A DNA stretch of 64,000 bases. Origin: Alphaproteobacteria bacterium. Its GTDB lineage: Bacteria; Pseudomonadota; Alphaproteobacteria; RF32; CAG-239. A model generated the notes under the pieces. That model was not told the DNA's origin and did no database searches. It saw only the letters and a program-made list of their open reading frames with translations. Where the stretch lies: assembly GCA_045615365.1 (NCBI GenBank), contig JAZLEQ010000042.1, positions 41,375-105,374 of the forward strand. The letters are read 5' to 3'. Positions 50,499-60,566 of the stretch are shown piece by piece. Position numbers and translations under genes: made by a program. Numbering within the stretch: position 1 is the stretch's first letter; the number at the start of each line of letters is the position of its first letter.

Positions 50499-51359
50499 TT
50501 ATTTCATTATGATTATCGGTAGAGCTAAAGCAATCGCAATAAGCCCGAAAGTGAGTTGACTTTTCAAACTTTGCTCTTTGTATTTTATTGCTGATATGAC
50601 CATAACTACCGGCACAGAAAGTCTTAAAAACACAGCCACAATCGAAACCGGTAAGATATTGATGGACGCATAAATTACAAAAAACTCTGATATAGTATAG
50701 AAAACACCCGCACATACAATAATCTTGTTTGTAAATATCGGTTTAAGATCGTTTGTTGAAAAATCTTTAATCAAACAAAAAGCAAACATTGCAACAGAAG
50801 AAACAAACAAATGAGCATACCACCCGACTTGTGGAATCGTCAAGTGGTCGCAAACCGTATACGATGCCATTATCAAAGTTGTTACTGCAAAAAATATTTT
50901 TTCCTTATAAGAAAGCCTTTTAGCATCACCTTTTTGTAAAAACAAATATCCGAGAATTCCAAAACCGGCAATACACAAGACCTTAATTAAACCAAGATTT
51001 TCATGAAAAAACAAATTATTTGCAATCGCTCCGAAAGCTAAAGCAATAAAGCTTAAAAAAACCGAAGAGGACGTGCTTTTTTTATTAATTATCTGTTGCA
51101 AAGAAATCAGATAAAACAATGACACACCTTTATAAACGCTAAGCAAAATATAGGGCGACATCAATACATTTTTTCCGTTAAATTCCAAATTATGTCCTAG
51201 TAAAGGAAAAGACAATACCAACCCTATTACAAGCCATGAACTTGTAAATGTTGCGGATAGTTTTGCCGGAAATTTTTTAGCCGCAGGTTTGTATAGGAAA
51301 GGTCTGACAGTCCAAGAAAACAAAAGTAAAAAACCGACAAATATCTGAAAAAGCCCCAT
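50499..51359 (-). CDS. DMT/EamA-like polytopic membrane transporter
   Basis: About 10 hydrophobic segments. The start is set at ATG 51359 (RBS GGAGAG). Confidence 0.6.
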   Translation of the reverse strand: MGLFQIFVGFLLLFSWTVRPFLYKPAAKKFPAKLSATFTSSWLVIGLVLSFPLLGHNLEFNGKNVLMSPYILLSVYKGVSLFYLISLQQIINKKSTSSSVFLSFIALAFGAIANNLFFHENLGLIKVLCIAGFGILGYLFLQKGDAKRLSYKEKIFFAVTTLIMASYTVCDHLTIPQVGWYAHLFVSSVAMFAFCLIKDFSTNDLKPIFTNKIIVCAGVFYTISEFFVIYASINILPVSIVAVFLRLSVPVVMVISAIKYKEQSLKSQLTFGLIAIALALPIIIMK

Positions 51360-51493
51360 AGTTCTCTCCGATACTGAAAACTTACCGGCAATATTACACA
51401 AAAGATTTAAATTTTTGCTAAAATTATTTTTACTTTATTGAAAGGTTTTTACATTATAACAGATTAGCAAATAACATACTAGGATAAGTTCTA

Positions 51494-52702
51494 ATGAAAA
51501 ATATTCAACAAACACCCCGCGGAATGCGCCAAACAATAGTTTTATGCGGCAACACAAATGCAGGTAAATCCTCGCTTATAAATGCAATTACCGGTCAGGA
51601 AATATCAATAGTTTCTCCTATTGCCGGAACAACAACCGACATAGTTGCCAAGGCCTACGAACTTTTACCGTTCGGTCCGGTAACATTCATTGATACTGCA
51701 GGGATAGATGACGATTCCTCTCTTGGAAAGCAACGCGTAGAAGCAACACAAAAAGCCTTGAGAAAAGCCGATGTTGTTCTTTGGGTTATTGGTGAAACCG
51801 GCTTAAATGATAAAGACAAACAGTTTTTTGAAGAGCTCAAACAGTCACAAACCCCTCTTTTGGTTGTTTTTAACAAAACAGATATATCGCCAGTAAAAGA
51901 CGCCGACAAACAGTTTTTTGCTGATAACAATAGAACTTATGTTTGTGTTTCTGCTTCTGCCAAAACGGGCATAGATGAACTTAAAGAAAAATTGGTGGAA
52001 ATTTTAAGTCTCCAAGCAAAAGAAGAAACTTTGTTGGGAGGTTTGGTTGAAGAAGGCGAAAAAGTTATTTTGGTTGCCCCCATAGATTCTTCCGCACCGA
52101 AAAATCGCCTTATTTTACCGCAAGTTCAAGTTTTAAGAGAGCTTTTGGATAAACACTGTATTGCAACCGTTGTTCAACCGCAAGAATTAAAAGCCTCAAT
52201 TTTAGCACAAAAAGAAACACCAAAACTTATAATAACCGATTCTCAAGCCATAAAAGAAGTTGAAAAAATTGTTCCGGAAAATATCCCTTTGACAACTTTT
52301 TCAATTCTTTTTGCTCGTTCTAAAGGCGATATCAACATTTTAATTCAAGGCGCTAAAAAAATTGACGAACTTCAAGATGGCGATAAAATCCTAATCGCCG
52401 AAGCTTGTTCTCACCATGCACAAGACGATGATATCGCAAAAGTAAAAATACCGAATTTAATCAGCAAATATACTTCAAAAAACTTAAAATTTGAATTTTG
52501 TTCCGGCTGCGATTTTCCTTCCGACTTAGAAGATTATGCCATGGTTATACATTGTGGAGGCTGTATGATAACTCGCAAAGACATGAATTCTCGCCTGAAT
52601 GAATGTATCAAAAGAGGAGTGGCTGTTACAAACTATGGAATTGCTATTTCCAAAGCAACTCGAGTTTTGGATCGTGTAATAATGCCTTTAAGGGTTGAAT
52701 AA
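51494..52702 (+). CDS. hydF: [FeFe]-hydrogenase H-cluster maturation GTPase HydF
   Basis: G1 GNTNAGKSS, G2 TTD, G3 DTAG, G4 NKTD and G5 SAS. The C-terminal FeS motif is CSH-x45-HCGGC, fitting the HydF signature CxH-x(44-53)-HCxxC. Confidence 0.8.
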   Translation: MKNIQQTPRGMRQTIVLCGNTNAGKSSLINAITGQEISIVSPIAGTTTDIVAKAYELLPFGPVTFIDTAGIDDDSSLGKQRVEATQKALRKADVVLWVIGETGLNDKDKQFFEELKQSQTPLLVVFNKTDISPVKDADKQFFADNNRTYVCVSASAKTGIDELKEKLVEILSLQAKEETLLGGLVEEGEKVILVAPIDSSAPKNRLILPQVQVLRELLDKHCIATVVQPQELKASILAQKETPKLIITDSQAIKEVEKIVPENIPLTTFSILFARSKGDINILIQGAKKIDELQDGDKILIAEACSHHAQDDDIAKVKIPNLISKYTSKNLKFEFCSGCDFPSDLEDYAMVIHCGGCMITRKDMNSRLNECIKRGVAVTNYGIAISKATRVLDRVIMPLRVE

Positions 52703-52703
52703 G

Positions 52704-53876
52704 ATGCTTAGAAGAAATATTATACTTTTTAAATTACAAAATTTATTTAACGGTTTGTGGCTTTTTGCCGCGTTAGCAGTTGTATATTTTGAGAGCATAA
52801 CCAAATCCTATGCGGTTGCGATGTTGGTTTTTGCGGTTATAAATATATCGCAAAGTTTAGCAGAAATTCCTTGTGGAATATATTCCGACAGAATAAGTCG
52901 TAAAAGAACTTTGGTAATCGGTTCGGTTTGTGTTTTGTTAAACATGATTTTATGGGCCGTAGCCGGAACGTTTAACTCTGTTGGTTTGTTGTTTGCGGGG
53001 TCAATATTGCGAGGTGTAGGTTTAGCATTCAAATCCGGAACGGATAGCGCTATGATTTACGAAACTCTGCAACAAATCAAGGCACGTAAGTTGTTTTTGG
53101 TTGTATTGTCTAAAATTAGCTCTTTTTACCAACTTGGCGCTCTGGTTGCCGCATTCATTTCAACAGTTTTTATTTTCTATTTTTCATTAAAAGCGCTGGT
53201 TTGGTTGGCAATAGTTCCATACGCAGGATCTGTTGTTGTAAATTGCCTGATGATAAATCCTAAAAACCGTTTTGAAAAAAGCTTAAATTGCAAACAACAA
53301 ATAGCAAAAAGCATAAAGACTTTTGTTAAAAACAAAAAACTCCGTAAATATGCAATTCTTCATATTTTAAATGTTTCTGTTGCTAATTCTGTTTTTCGTT
53401 TTGAAGCTTCATACTATGAGCAACTTGTTCCATTATTCTTGGTAAATATAGCTCGTGCAATTCAACATTGCACCGGCTGGATAAGCTATTGTTTGGTTCA
53501 ACTTTTTGGCAAAATAAATGTTATAAAACTACTATGTTATTCAACTTTGGGTAGTGCCATTATACGTTTGCTGGGTTTGCTTTTAAACAATGCTGTTTCA
53601 CCGTTTGTGATGTCTGCCCAAAACTTATTTTACGGAACGGCGGCTTCGTCTTCAGTCACAATTTTGCAAAAAGAGTATTCAAGTTCTCTCAGAGCAACCT
53701 TGGATTCCATAATAGGTCTTTTTGGAGGGGTTGGTGTAGGCATTATCGGCTTTTTAATGGGGCTGATCGCAGATATTTCATCTCCCAGAATTGTTTTGTT
53801 TATATGTGTGTGTTTATCGGTTGGAATATCACTAAGTTATAGAAGGCTTTTTAAGACTGCGCGAACAAGAAAATAA
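52704..53876 (+). CDS. MFS-type transporter
   Basis: About 12 TM segments and a GIYSDRISRKR loop 2-3 motif. ATG 52704 lies 1 nt after the hydF stop. Confidence 0.75.
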   Translation: MLRRNIILFKLQNLFNGLWLFAALAVVYFESITKSYAVAMLVFAVINISQSLAEIPCGIYSDRISRKRTLVIGSVCVLLNMILWAVAGTFNSVGLLFAGSILRGVGLAFKSGTDSAMIYETLQQIKARKLFLVVLSKISSFYQLGALVAAFISTVFIFYFSLKALVWLAIVPYAGSVVVNCLMINPKNRFEKSLNCKQQIAKSIKTFVKNKKLRKYAILHILNVSVANSVFRFEASYYEQLVPLFLVNIARAIQHCTGWISYCLVQLFGKINVIKLLCYSTLGSAIIRLLGLLLNNAVSPFVMSAQNLFYGTAASSSVTILQKEYSSSLRATLDSIIGLFGGVGVGIIGFLMGLIADISSPRIVLFICVCLSVGISLSYRRLFKTARTRK

Positions 53877-53944
53877 GGACATATTGTTTTTCTCAAAAAA
53901 GTAATTATATAAACATTGCTTCAAACAAAATTTAGGAGAAAAAC

Positions 53945-54322
53945 ATGAAAAAACTCTTGGCTGTTCTTTTGTGTTGCAGTGTTGTATTTCCGGCGCTGGC
54001 TAAAAAACACAATAAAGGTTTCGTCTTTATACCCGAAAACGTTACCATTGAAAGCGTTGAAAACGTTAAAACAAAATCCGATGATACAATCGTTGTAATG
54101 CAAGGTCAAATTGCAAAAGCGCTTGGTGATGAAAAATATTTGTTTACGGACAAAACCGGCGAAATAATTATTGAAATAGACAATGAAGATTTTGATGGTA
54201 TGACCGTAAGTGCAGGTGAAATTATTGAAATAACCGGCGAGGTTGACAAAGATATGATGAAACCGGCAAAGGTTGATGTTAAGTCAATAAAGAAAGTTAA
54301 AGAAAAAACTCATAAAAAATAA
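53945..54322 (+). CDS. YgiW/YdeI-family periplasmic OB-fold (BOF) stress protein
   Basis: Signal peptide plus VVMQGQIAKALGDEKYLFTDKTGEIIIEIDNEDFDG...EITGEVDKD, the family pattern. Confidence 0.8.
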   Translation: MKKLLAVLLCCSVVFPALAKKHNKGFVFIPENVTIESVENVKTKSDDTIVVMQGQIAKALGDEKYLFTDKTGEIIIEIDNEDFDGMTVSAGEIIEITGEVDKDMMKPAKVDVKSIKKVKEKTHKK

Positions 54323-54326
54323 TAAT

Positions 54327-54354
54327 AAAGCCCTCTTGAGAAAGAGGGCTTTAT
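54327..54354. terminator. bidirectional rho-independent terminator
   Basis: AGCCCTCTT (54329-54337), loop GAGA, AAGAGGGCT (54342-54350), between convergent ygiW-like and cca. Confidence 0.75.
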
Positions 54355-55587
54355 TTATATTGCATCTTTAATTTCCTCACTGATTTGCAGCAGTTCATCT
54401 TTAGATAATTCAAAACCGGATTCCAACCAAAGAGCCTCAAGTTTTTTCAAAAGAGTTCCTACTTCTGAAGGAACAGCAATTTTCATGTCTAAAAGATCTT
54501 TTCCTTTTATTGGAAACACAGGTTCATCCATGTTTTTTATATTTTCATAAACTTTTGCCAAGTCAGAAGGAATTAAACGATTTTTTGCAACCAAAGTAAG
54601 CAATTTTGCTTTTGTGAAATCAACACTTTGTTCATAGACAATTTTAGCTAAATTCTGTTTATTGTAAAAATATTCAAGCGAGCAATCTTCTGTAGCCAAT
54701 GCGGTAAAAAGCTCTTTTTGTTGACGTGAAAATTTCAGTCTGTTAGCCAAGTTTTCAGCCAAAGCCTTTGAAGGACGATAGATTATAAAAAACTTAATTA
54801 AAGCCATATCGTCAATATTGTTTTTTTGCAAAAAGTCATCAATAAATTCCAGGTCATCCAAATATTGAGCATCGGGCAAAACATAGCTTAAAATGCCATT
54901 TTCTTGCATAAGTTTGTATGTGTGACAAACATTGGGAGTTAAAAGGATTTTGAACAATTCTTCACGAATACCTTCCATAGGTTCGTTTTTTAAGCCTTTG
55001 CAATTTTCAACACAGGCATCAAAAGATTTTTTATGAGGCTCTTTAATTCCATACATGGAATAGAAGCGAAAATATCGCAAAATTCTTAAATAATCTTCTT
55101 TAATTTTTTGCTGAGGCAATCCTATAAATCTTACAAAGCCTCGCTCCAAGTCTTCAACACCGTTATAATAATCAAAAACATTGCCTTTTTCGTCGGCATA
55201 AACCGCATTGATTGTCAAATCGCGTCTGGCTGCGTCTTCTTCCCAGTTGTCGGTAAACACAAGCTCCGGCATTTCATTCTTGACAACATATTTTGAAAGA
55301 GAGCTAACTTCAACCACTTTACCGCCAGCAACAACACCCACCGCTCCTTGTTTAATTCCCAAGGGCACTGTTTCAATATCGGCATCTCCGCAAGCTTCAA
55401 CCAACTCTTCCGGCGATAAATCTGTTGCAAGGTTTAAATCCGAACTTTTTATCCCTTTAAGAGCATCTCTGACAGCACCTCCGACAAACCTTAAAACACC
55501 GCCATTGTTTGCAACAATGTCAAAAAGATGCAAAATTTCTTTATCTATACCCAGCTTTGCAATATCTAAATAGTTATCTCTGATCAT
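54355..55587 (-). CDS. cca: CCA tRNA nucleotidyltransferase / poly(A) polymerase family protein
   Basis: LRFVGGAVRDALKG, DLNLATDL, RDLTINAVY, and RILRYFRF. Confidence 0.88.
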   Translation of the reverse strand: MIRDNYLDIAKLGIDKEILHLFDIVANNGGVLRFVGGAVRDALKGIKSSDLNLATDLSPEELVEACGDADIETVPLGIKQGAVGVVAGGKVVEVSSLSKYVVKNEMPELVFTDNWEEDAARRDLTINAVYADEKGNVFDYYNGVEDLERGFVRFIGLPQQKIKEDYLRILRYFRFYSMYGIKEPHKKSFDACVENCKGLKNEPMEGIREELFKILLTPNVCHTYKLMQENGILSYVLPDAQYLDDLEFIDDFLQKNNIDDMALIKFFIIYRPSKALAENLANRLKFSRQQKELFTALATEDCSLEYFYNKQNLAKIVYEQSVDFTKAKLLTLVAKNRLIPSDLAKVYENIKNMDEPVFPIKGKDLLDMKIAVPSEVGTLLKKLEALWLESGFELSKDELLQISEEIKDAI

Positions 55588-55687
55588 TGAGTTGAACTTT
55601 CTTAAAAATTTTTTTTGAAATTAACAGTTTTTATATATTTTGCAATTATAATTATCATAAATTTAATTAAATTGTGAGTATATTGTG

Positions 55688-56191
55688 ATGAAAAAATATT
55701 TGTTTTTTAGTCTGTTAGCTGTTTTGAGTTTTGTTTCTGCGGCTTTCGCCAATGCTCCTACCGTTTTGGGAGAATATGGTGATTGGGTTGCTTATTACTA
55801 TCGCGATGCTGCAGGTCCCGTATGTTATATGGCTTCAACTCCGAAAAAAGATGAGGGCAAATACACCCAACGCGGTGATATTTATGTTGTTGTAACGCAT
55901 CGTCCTAACGAAAAAAGTTATGATGTTATAAATATTAATGCCGGTTATACATACAAAAGCAAGAGTGAGGCTCAAATAAAAATCGGCGCTAAAACTTTTT
56001 ACTTGTTTACCGATGCAAACAAAGCTTGGACTAAAAAAACCGAAGATGACAAAGCTTTGGTTGAGGCAATGAAAAAAGGCTCAAGAATGATTGTTGACGG
56101 CGTTTCTTTTAAAGGCACAAAAACCAAAGACACTTATTCGTTAAACGGTTTCACATCAGCTTATAAAGCAATATCAAACAAGTGTAAATAA
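55688..56191 (+). CDS. invasion-associated locus B (IalB)-like periplasmic protein
   Basis: Signal peptide, then GDWVAYYYRD..GPVCYMAS...ALVEAMKKGSRMIVDGVS.KGT...YSLNGFTSAYKAISNKC, matching the IalB-family layout as I recall it. It sits upstream of rlmN. Confidence 0.55.
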   Translation: MKKYLFFSLLAVLSFVSAAFANAPTVLGEYGDWVAYYYRDAAGPVCYMASTPKKDEGKYTQRGDIYVVVTHRPNEKSYDVININAGYTYKSKSEAQIKIGAKTFYLFTDANKAWTKKTEDDKALVEAMKKGSRMIVDGVSFKGTKTKDTYSLNGFTSAYKAISNKCK

Positions 56192-56192
56192 T

Positions 56193-57257
56193 ATGAAAGA
56201 GCTAATCGGATTATCAAAAGAAGAAGTTGCTGAAGAAGTAGCATCTTTGGGCGAAAAACCTTTTAGGGCTAAACAACTTTGGCAATGGATTTACTTTAAA
56301 GGCGAAACTGATTTTGCCAAAATGAGCAATTTATCCAAAGAATTGCGAGCTAAATTGCAACAAAACTATACTATCAGTCGCCCGAAAATTGTAACGGAAC
56401 AACTTTCAAGCGACAAAACAAGAAAATGGCTATTGGAGTTTTCTGACGGTCAACGTATTGAAACCGTGTATATTCCTGAAGAAGATCGAGGAGCTGTTTG
56501 TGTTTCAACTCAAGTCGGATGTGCGGTGGGGTGTAAATTTTGCCATACAGGCAGTCAAAAAATCACTCGCAATCTGACTGCCGGAGAAATTGTTTCACAA
56601 TTTATGGTTGCTCGCGATGCTTACGGTGAATGGCCTTCACCCACTAACGAAACACGATATTTGTCGAATATTGTAGTTATGGGAATGGGGGAGCCGCTGC
56701 ATAATAAGGACGAAACTTTTAAGGCGCTAAAAATTTTATCGGATGGTGATGGAATAGCTATTTCTAAACGCCGTATAACATTATCAACCTCAGGAATTGT
56801 TCCAAACATAGAGGCTGTTGCCAAGGAGTTAGGCGTTAAACTGGCTATAAGCCTTCATGCTCCAAACAATGAAAAACGTTCGCAAATAATGCCTATAAAC
56901 AATCGTTATAAAATAGAAGAAGTATTGCAAGCTTGTCAAAAATATCAAGCCATTATGGGCATGAGCCGAATGATTACTTTTGAATATCTGATGCTGGACC
57001 ATTTTAACGATACCATGGACGACGCCAAAGAACTTGTCGCTTTGATGAAAAAATACAATCTGGGTGCCAAGTTTAACTTGATACCTTTTAACCCTTGGCC
57101 GGGGTGCGACTACAAACCCAGTTCCAACAACAGAGTCCATGCATTTTCGCGATACCTTGAATCTTGCGGATATGAAGCACCCATAAGGGTTGCTCGCGGG
57201 CAAGATATCTTAGCTGCTTGCGGACAGTTGAAAAGTAAGAAAAATCAAGAAAACTAA
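56193..57257 (+). CDS. rlmN: 23S rRNA / tRNA (adenine-C2)-methyltransferase RlmN (radical SAM)
   Basis: FRAKQLWQWIY, CxxxCxxC as CAVGCKFCHTG, GMGEPL, and ACGQL. Confidence 0.95.
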   Translation: MKELIGLSKEEVAEEVASLGEKPFRAKQLWQWIYFKGETDFAKMSNLSKELRAKLQQNYTISRPKIVTEQLSSDKTRKWLLEFSDGQRIETVYIPEEDRGAVCVSTQVGCAVGCKFCHTGSQKITRNLTAGEIVSQFMVARDAYGEWPSPTNETRYLSNIVVMGMGEPLHNKDETFKALKILSDGDGIAISKRRITLSTSGIVPNIEAVAKELGVKLAISLHAPNNEKRSQIMPINNRYKIEEVLQACQKYQAIMGMSRMITFEYLMLDHFNDTMDDAKELVALMKKYNLGAKFNLIPFNPWPGCDYKPSSNNRVHAFSRYLESCGYEAPIRVARGQDILAACGQLKSKKNQEN

Positions 57258-57871
57258 ATATTAAGCCTATAACCGCCTTCAATGGTGCAAATGAGTTGCG
57301 CATCTTCATTGTCTTGCTCAACTTTTTGTCGTAGGCGGTATATGTGTGTTTCAACAGTATGTGTTGCCACATCTGCAGCATACTCCCAAACTTCCTGTAT
57401 AAGCTCGTTTTTGTTTACAACCACATCTTTGTTCTTATAAAGATATTTTATTATGGCAACTTCTTTTTCCGTAAGTTTTATTTCTGTGTTATTTCTTTTG
57501 TTTAAAATTGTTTTCGATGCAGGGTGTAAAACATAGCAGTTAAATTCTAAAATACCATCGTCTGAATTTTCAAAAATATTTATTGACGACTTAAGCAAAT
57601 CCAAAAATTCGTTCAAATCCAACGGTTTTTTAATTATTTGGTTAGGTTTAATGTCAGAAATTTCTTCTTTTGAAGTCAATAGAATAATAGGAGCTTTTAT
57701 TTTTTCTTTTTTTTGTTGTTTAATCAAATTCAAGTTTTCATCAACAACAACAACCTCAGCAGTTTCTACGCTTTCTTCAAAAACATTAAAATCGCTTAAA
57801 TGATGATTGATTTGGTTTATAAGATCTTCTTTGAAAACATTGTTTTCTGACAACAATAAAACATTAGTCAT
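57254..57871 (-). CDS. OmpR-family winged-helix regulator with an atypical receiver domain
   Basis: The C-terminus LTEKEVAIIKYLYKN...THTVETHIYRLRQKV...GGYRL is trans_reg_C. The receiver keeps D (VVVVDEN), T (LLTSK) and K (KKP), but the N-terminal acidic pair is SENN instead of (D/E)D. Confidence 0.75.
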   Translation of the reverse strand: MTNVLLLSENNVFKEDLINQINHHLSDFNVFEESVETAEVVVVDENLNLIKQQKKEKIKAPIILLTSKEEISDIKPNQIIKKPLDLNEFLDLLKSSINIFENSDDGILEFNCYVLHPASKTILNKRNNTEIKLTEKEVAIIKYLYKNKDVVVNKNELIQEVWEYAADVATHTVETHIYRLRQKVEQDNEDAQLICTIEGGYRLNI

Positions 57872-58944
57872 TAAAAATAAACTCCTGCTCCTGCAACAAA
57901 CGCATATCCGCTTTTTTTATCATCATTACCGTTGAAGTCAACATAAGATGATGCAACAAAGACATTAACATTTTTATTTAACTGTAATTGAGTTGAAAAG
58001 ACAACAATTTTATTTTCGTTATCTGAAATGGAGGATTCGCTTTCAAAATAAGTTAAGGCTGAAGAAATCGGACCGAATTCATGCCCGATACCCACATTCC
58101 ATGCACTGCCTTCACGATAATCGTCAAATCCTATCCTCATAAAATGATCCGGATGCGCATTATTTTCTCCATCAACATAAGTTTTATGAAATCCGCCGCC
58201 CAAAATCCAATTACCTTTATTTATTCTTAGGGAATACGAAAATTCTTTGTCGTTTTCATGATATTGTGCATATCCGAAAGATGCTTGAGTTTTAAACATT
58301 CCCCAGTCAAAATCGTTATAAACGGCACCGGCAAAACCGTTTTTATGAGCATATTTTGCATGTTTATTGATTAAGCCTCTGCGATTATATGCATCGGGGG
58401 TATAAGAAAAACCTATGGCTGTTCCGAAAAATTCCGGAGAAATATAATTAAATTTTGCAGCCACACCATCAGTATTTATTTCGGTTGACGGAAGAGTTGC
58501 AAAGTAGGTTTCTTTCGAGTTTCTTTTCCAGTTGGGATTCGCAATAAAATCAACCACATCAAAATTGTTTTTCACGGCACCGGTGTTTGGAGCGCTGTTG
58601 TGAAAAAGATATGCAACATTGTAAACCTGTCCCAACATTATCTGACCGGCACGTGAATCAAAAACTCCATAAACTTCTTCTCCCCAGCGGCCTTGATTAT
58701 AGCTATGCATTTCTCTATCGATTCCGCCATTTAAATTAAAGTTCAGGCTTAAGTTGTTGCCGTCAAAGTCATATATAACAGCAGAACTTAGATTTGTTTT
58801 TCCGATACCGTGATTGTGCTTTTTTATATTGCTCCAACCATAAAGAGCTTGTGCGTCAAATTCAAGTTCATAACTCCATTCTCCTGCAATAACATTATGT
58901 GTCCAAAACAGGCATATGAATAAAAGCGCAAATCTTTTCATCAA
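57871..58944 (-). CDS. outer-membrane porin-like beta-barrel protein
   Basis: Signal peptide MMKRFALLFICLFWTHNVIAGEW, an aromatic-rich alternating pattern, and the terminal GAGVYF. Confidence 0.6.
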   Translation of the reverse strand: MMKRFALLFICLFWTHNVIAGEWSYELEFDAQALYGWSNIKKHNHGIGKTNLSSAVIYDFDGNNLSLNFNLNGGIDREMHSYNQGRWGEEVYGVFDSRAGQIMLGQVYNVAYLFHNSAPNTGAVKNNFDVVDFIANPNWKRNSKETYFATLPSTEINTDGVAAKFNYISPEFFGTAIGFSYTPDAYNRRGLINKHAKYAHKNGFAGAVYNDFDWGMFKTQASFGYAQYHENDKEFSYSLRINKGNWILGGGFHKTYVDGENNAHPDHFMRIGFDDYREGSAWNVGIGHEFGPISSALTYFESESSISDNENKIVVFSTQLQLNKNVNVFVASSYVDFNGNDDKKSGYAFVAGAGVYF

Positions 58945-59020
58945 GTTTCTTTCATAAAAAAATACTTGTTATTTGCTTTAATATATACGGATATTTTTGC
59001 TTTTTCAACGATAAAAAGGC

Positions 59021-59827
59021 TTAAACAGACAATTCAATCATAACCGGAACATGGTCGGACGGGCGTTCTTTGCTGCGAAATTCTTGCAATATTTTTGCCG
59101 AAACCAACCTGTCTTCAATATTAGGCGAAACCCAAACATGATCCAATCTTCTGCCTTTGTTGTTTTTTTGCCAGTTAGGGTTGCGATAACTCCACCATGA
59201 AAAAATTTTTTCCGGTTCTTTATAAAACTTGCGAACTGCATCAACAAAGTTTAGAGAGTTAAACAATCGTGTAATTCGTTCTACTTCTATAGGCGTGTGA
59301 GAAACAATTTTCAGAAGTTGTTTGTGATTCCAAACATCGTTTTCGCTGGGAGCCACATTAAAATCGCCGCACAAAATCATTTTTTTATTTTTAAGTGTTT
59401 CTTTGTTTTGTTCAAAATGTTCGCTGATATCATCCATAAAACAGAGTTTGTGCGCAAAAGACAAATTAATCACCGGATCCGGAATATCTCCGCCTGCCGG
59501 AATATAAATGTTATTTATTTCAATATCGTCAAATATTTCTGCGCAAATATGACGAGCATCTTTTTTGCCGACCCAGTCTTTTTTTGTAAAATTTTTAAGA
59601 GAATGTTTAGACAAGATTGCCACACCGTTATATCCGGCCATTCCGTAGAGAGCTATATGCTTAAACCCTAAATTCTTTAATTCATCAAAAGGGAAATCTT
59701 CTTCTTTAGCCTTAACTTCCTGCAAGCAAACCACATCGGGAGCATATAATTCTGCTAATTGCTTCAAAGCCTCCATTCTTATTCGAACGGAATTAACATT
59801 CCAAGTAACTAATTTTATAGAGTTCAT
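59021..59827 (-). CDS. xthA: exodeoxyribonuclease III
   Basis: TWNVNSVR, CLQEVK, GDFNVAP, and SDHVPV. Confidence 0.93.
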   Translation of the reverse strand: MNSIKLVTWNVNSVRIRMEALKQLAELYAPDVVCLQEVKAKEEDFPFDELKNLGFKHIALYGMAGYNGVAILSKHSLKNFTKKDWVGKKDARHICAEIFDDIEINNIYIPAGGDIPDPVINLSFAHKLCFMDDISEHFEQNKETLKNKKMILCGDFNVAPSENDVWNHKQLLKIVSHTPIEVERITRLFNSLNFVDAVRKFYKEPEKIFSWWSYRNPNWQKNNKGRRLDHVWVSPNIEDRLVSAKILQEFRSKERPSDHVPVMIELSV

Positions 59828-60439
59828 TTATTTTTTCTTTTTAAAATTTCTGGAAGATGATTTTTTGTTTTTAAACTTAAAAACATCGTCATCAATGTCT
59901 TCATCTTTTTTTGTTTCATATAAAGAAACGCTAACCTCAACACTTTGCGGGTCAACAATTTTCCATTGTTTTAATTCCATAGGGCTGTTTGAGAACACCA
60001 AAGTAATCGGCCCCAAATTACCTTTTTCGGCATAATCTAAAGTTATAGATGTTGAGCCGCTGTCTTGATAAAAATCTGATACTTTAATTTTTTTACCGTC
60101 TATTTTCACATCGTTTGAAAGAATCATTGAAGCCGGAATATCATTATAATCGATATGAGTAACCTGATCCAAATCCGGATCATTATAAATAATATAATTT
60201 CCGTCACCCACAATCAAAACGTTTGTCGGTTCGGCATATTCCATGCGAATTTTGTTTGGTTTTTTTATAAAAAGTTTGCCTTCGGCAGAAGCTCCGTTTG
60301 ACGCCATTTGCACAAAAGTTGCTTCCAGTGATTTGATGTTATTCAGATAATTTTCAATTTTTTGCAAATTTTCAACTGATTGAGCTTTTGCTTCAAAACT
60401 CAAAAACATTCCCAAGGATAGCGCCAAAAATTTTTTCAT
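59828..60439 (-). CDS. lolA: outer-membrane lipoprotein carrier LolA-like protein
   Basis: Signal peptide, then LNNIKSLEATFVQ...GKLFIKKPNKIRMEY. Confidence 0.8.
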   Translation of the reverse strand: MKKFLALSLGMFLSFEAKAQSVENLQKIENYLNNIKSLEATFVQMASNGASAEGKLFIKKPNKIRMEYAEPTNVLIVGDGNYIIYNDPDLDQVTHIDYNDIPASMILSNDVKIDGKKIKVSDFYQDSGSTSITLDYAEKGNLGPITLVFSNSPMELKQWKIVDPQSVEVSVSLYETKKDEDIDDDVFKFKNKKSSSRNFKKKK

Positions 60440-60511
60440 TCCAAACCTCTATTTAAGTAAAACAATGCTTCTAATATAATTATTTTGTTCTATAAGTCCA
60501 CACTAAAAGTG

Positions 60512-60537
60512 CACCCCTGTCAAAAACGACAGGGGTG
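60512..60537. other. strong GC stem-loop (possible terminator of the small ORF)
   Basis: CACCCCTGTC (60512-60521), loop AAAAAC, GACAGGGGTG (60528-60537). Confidence 0.5.
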
Positions 60538-60566
60538 GAATATTTAATATATATTTTTTTGTTTGC

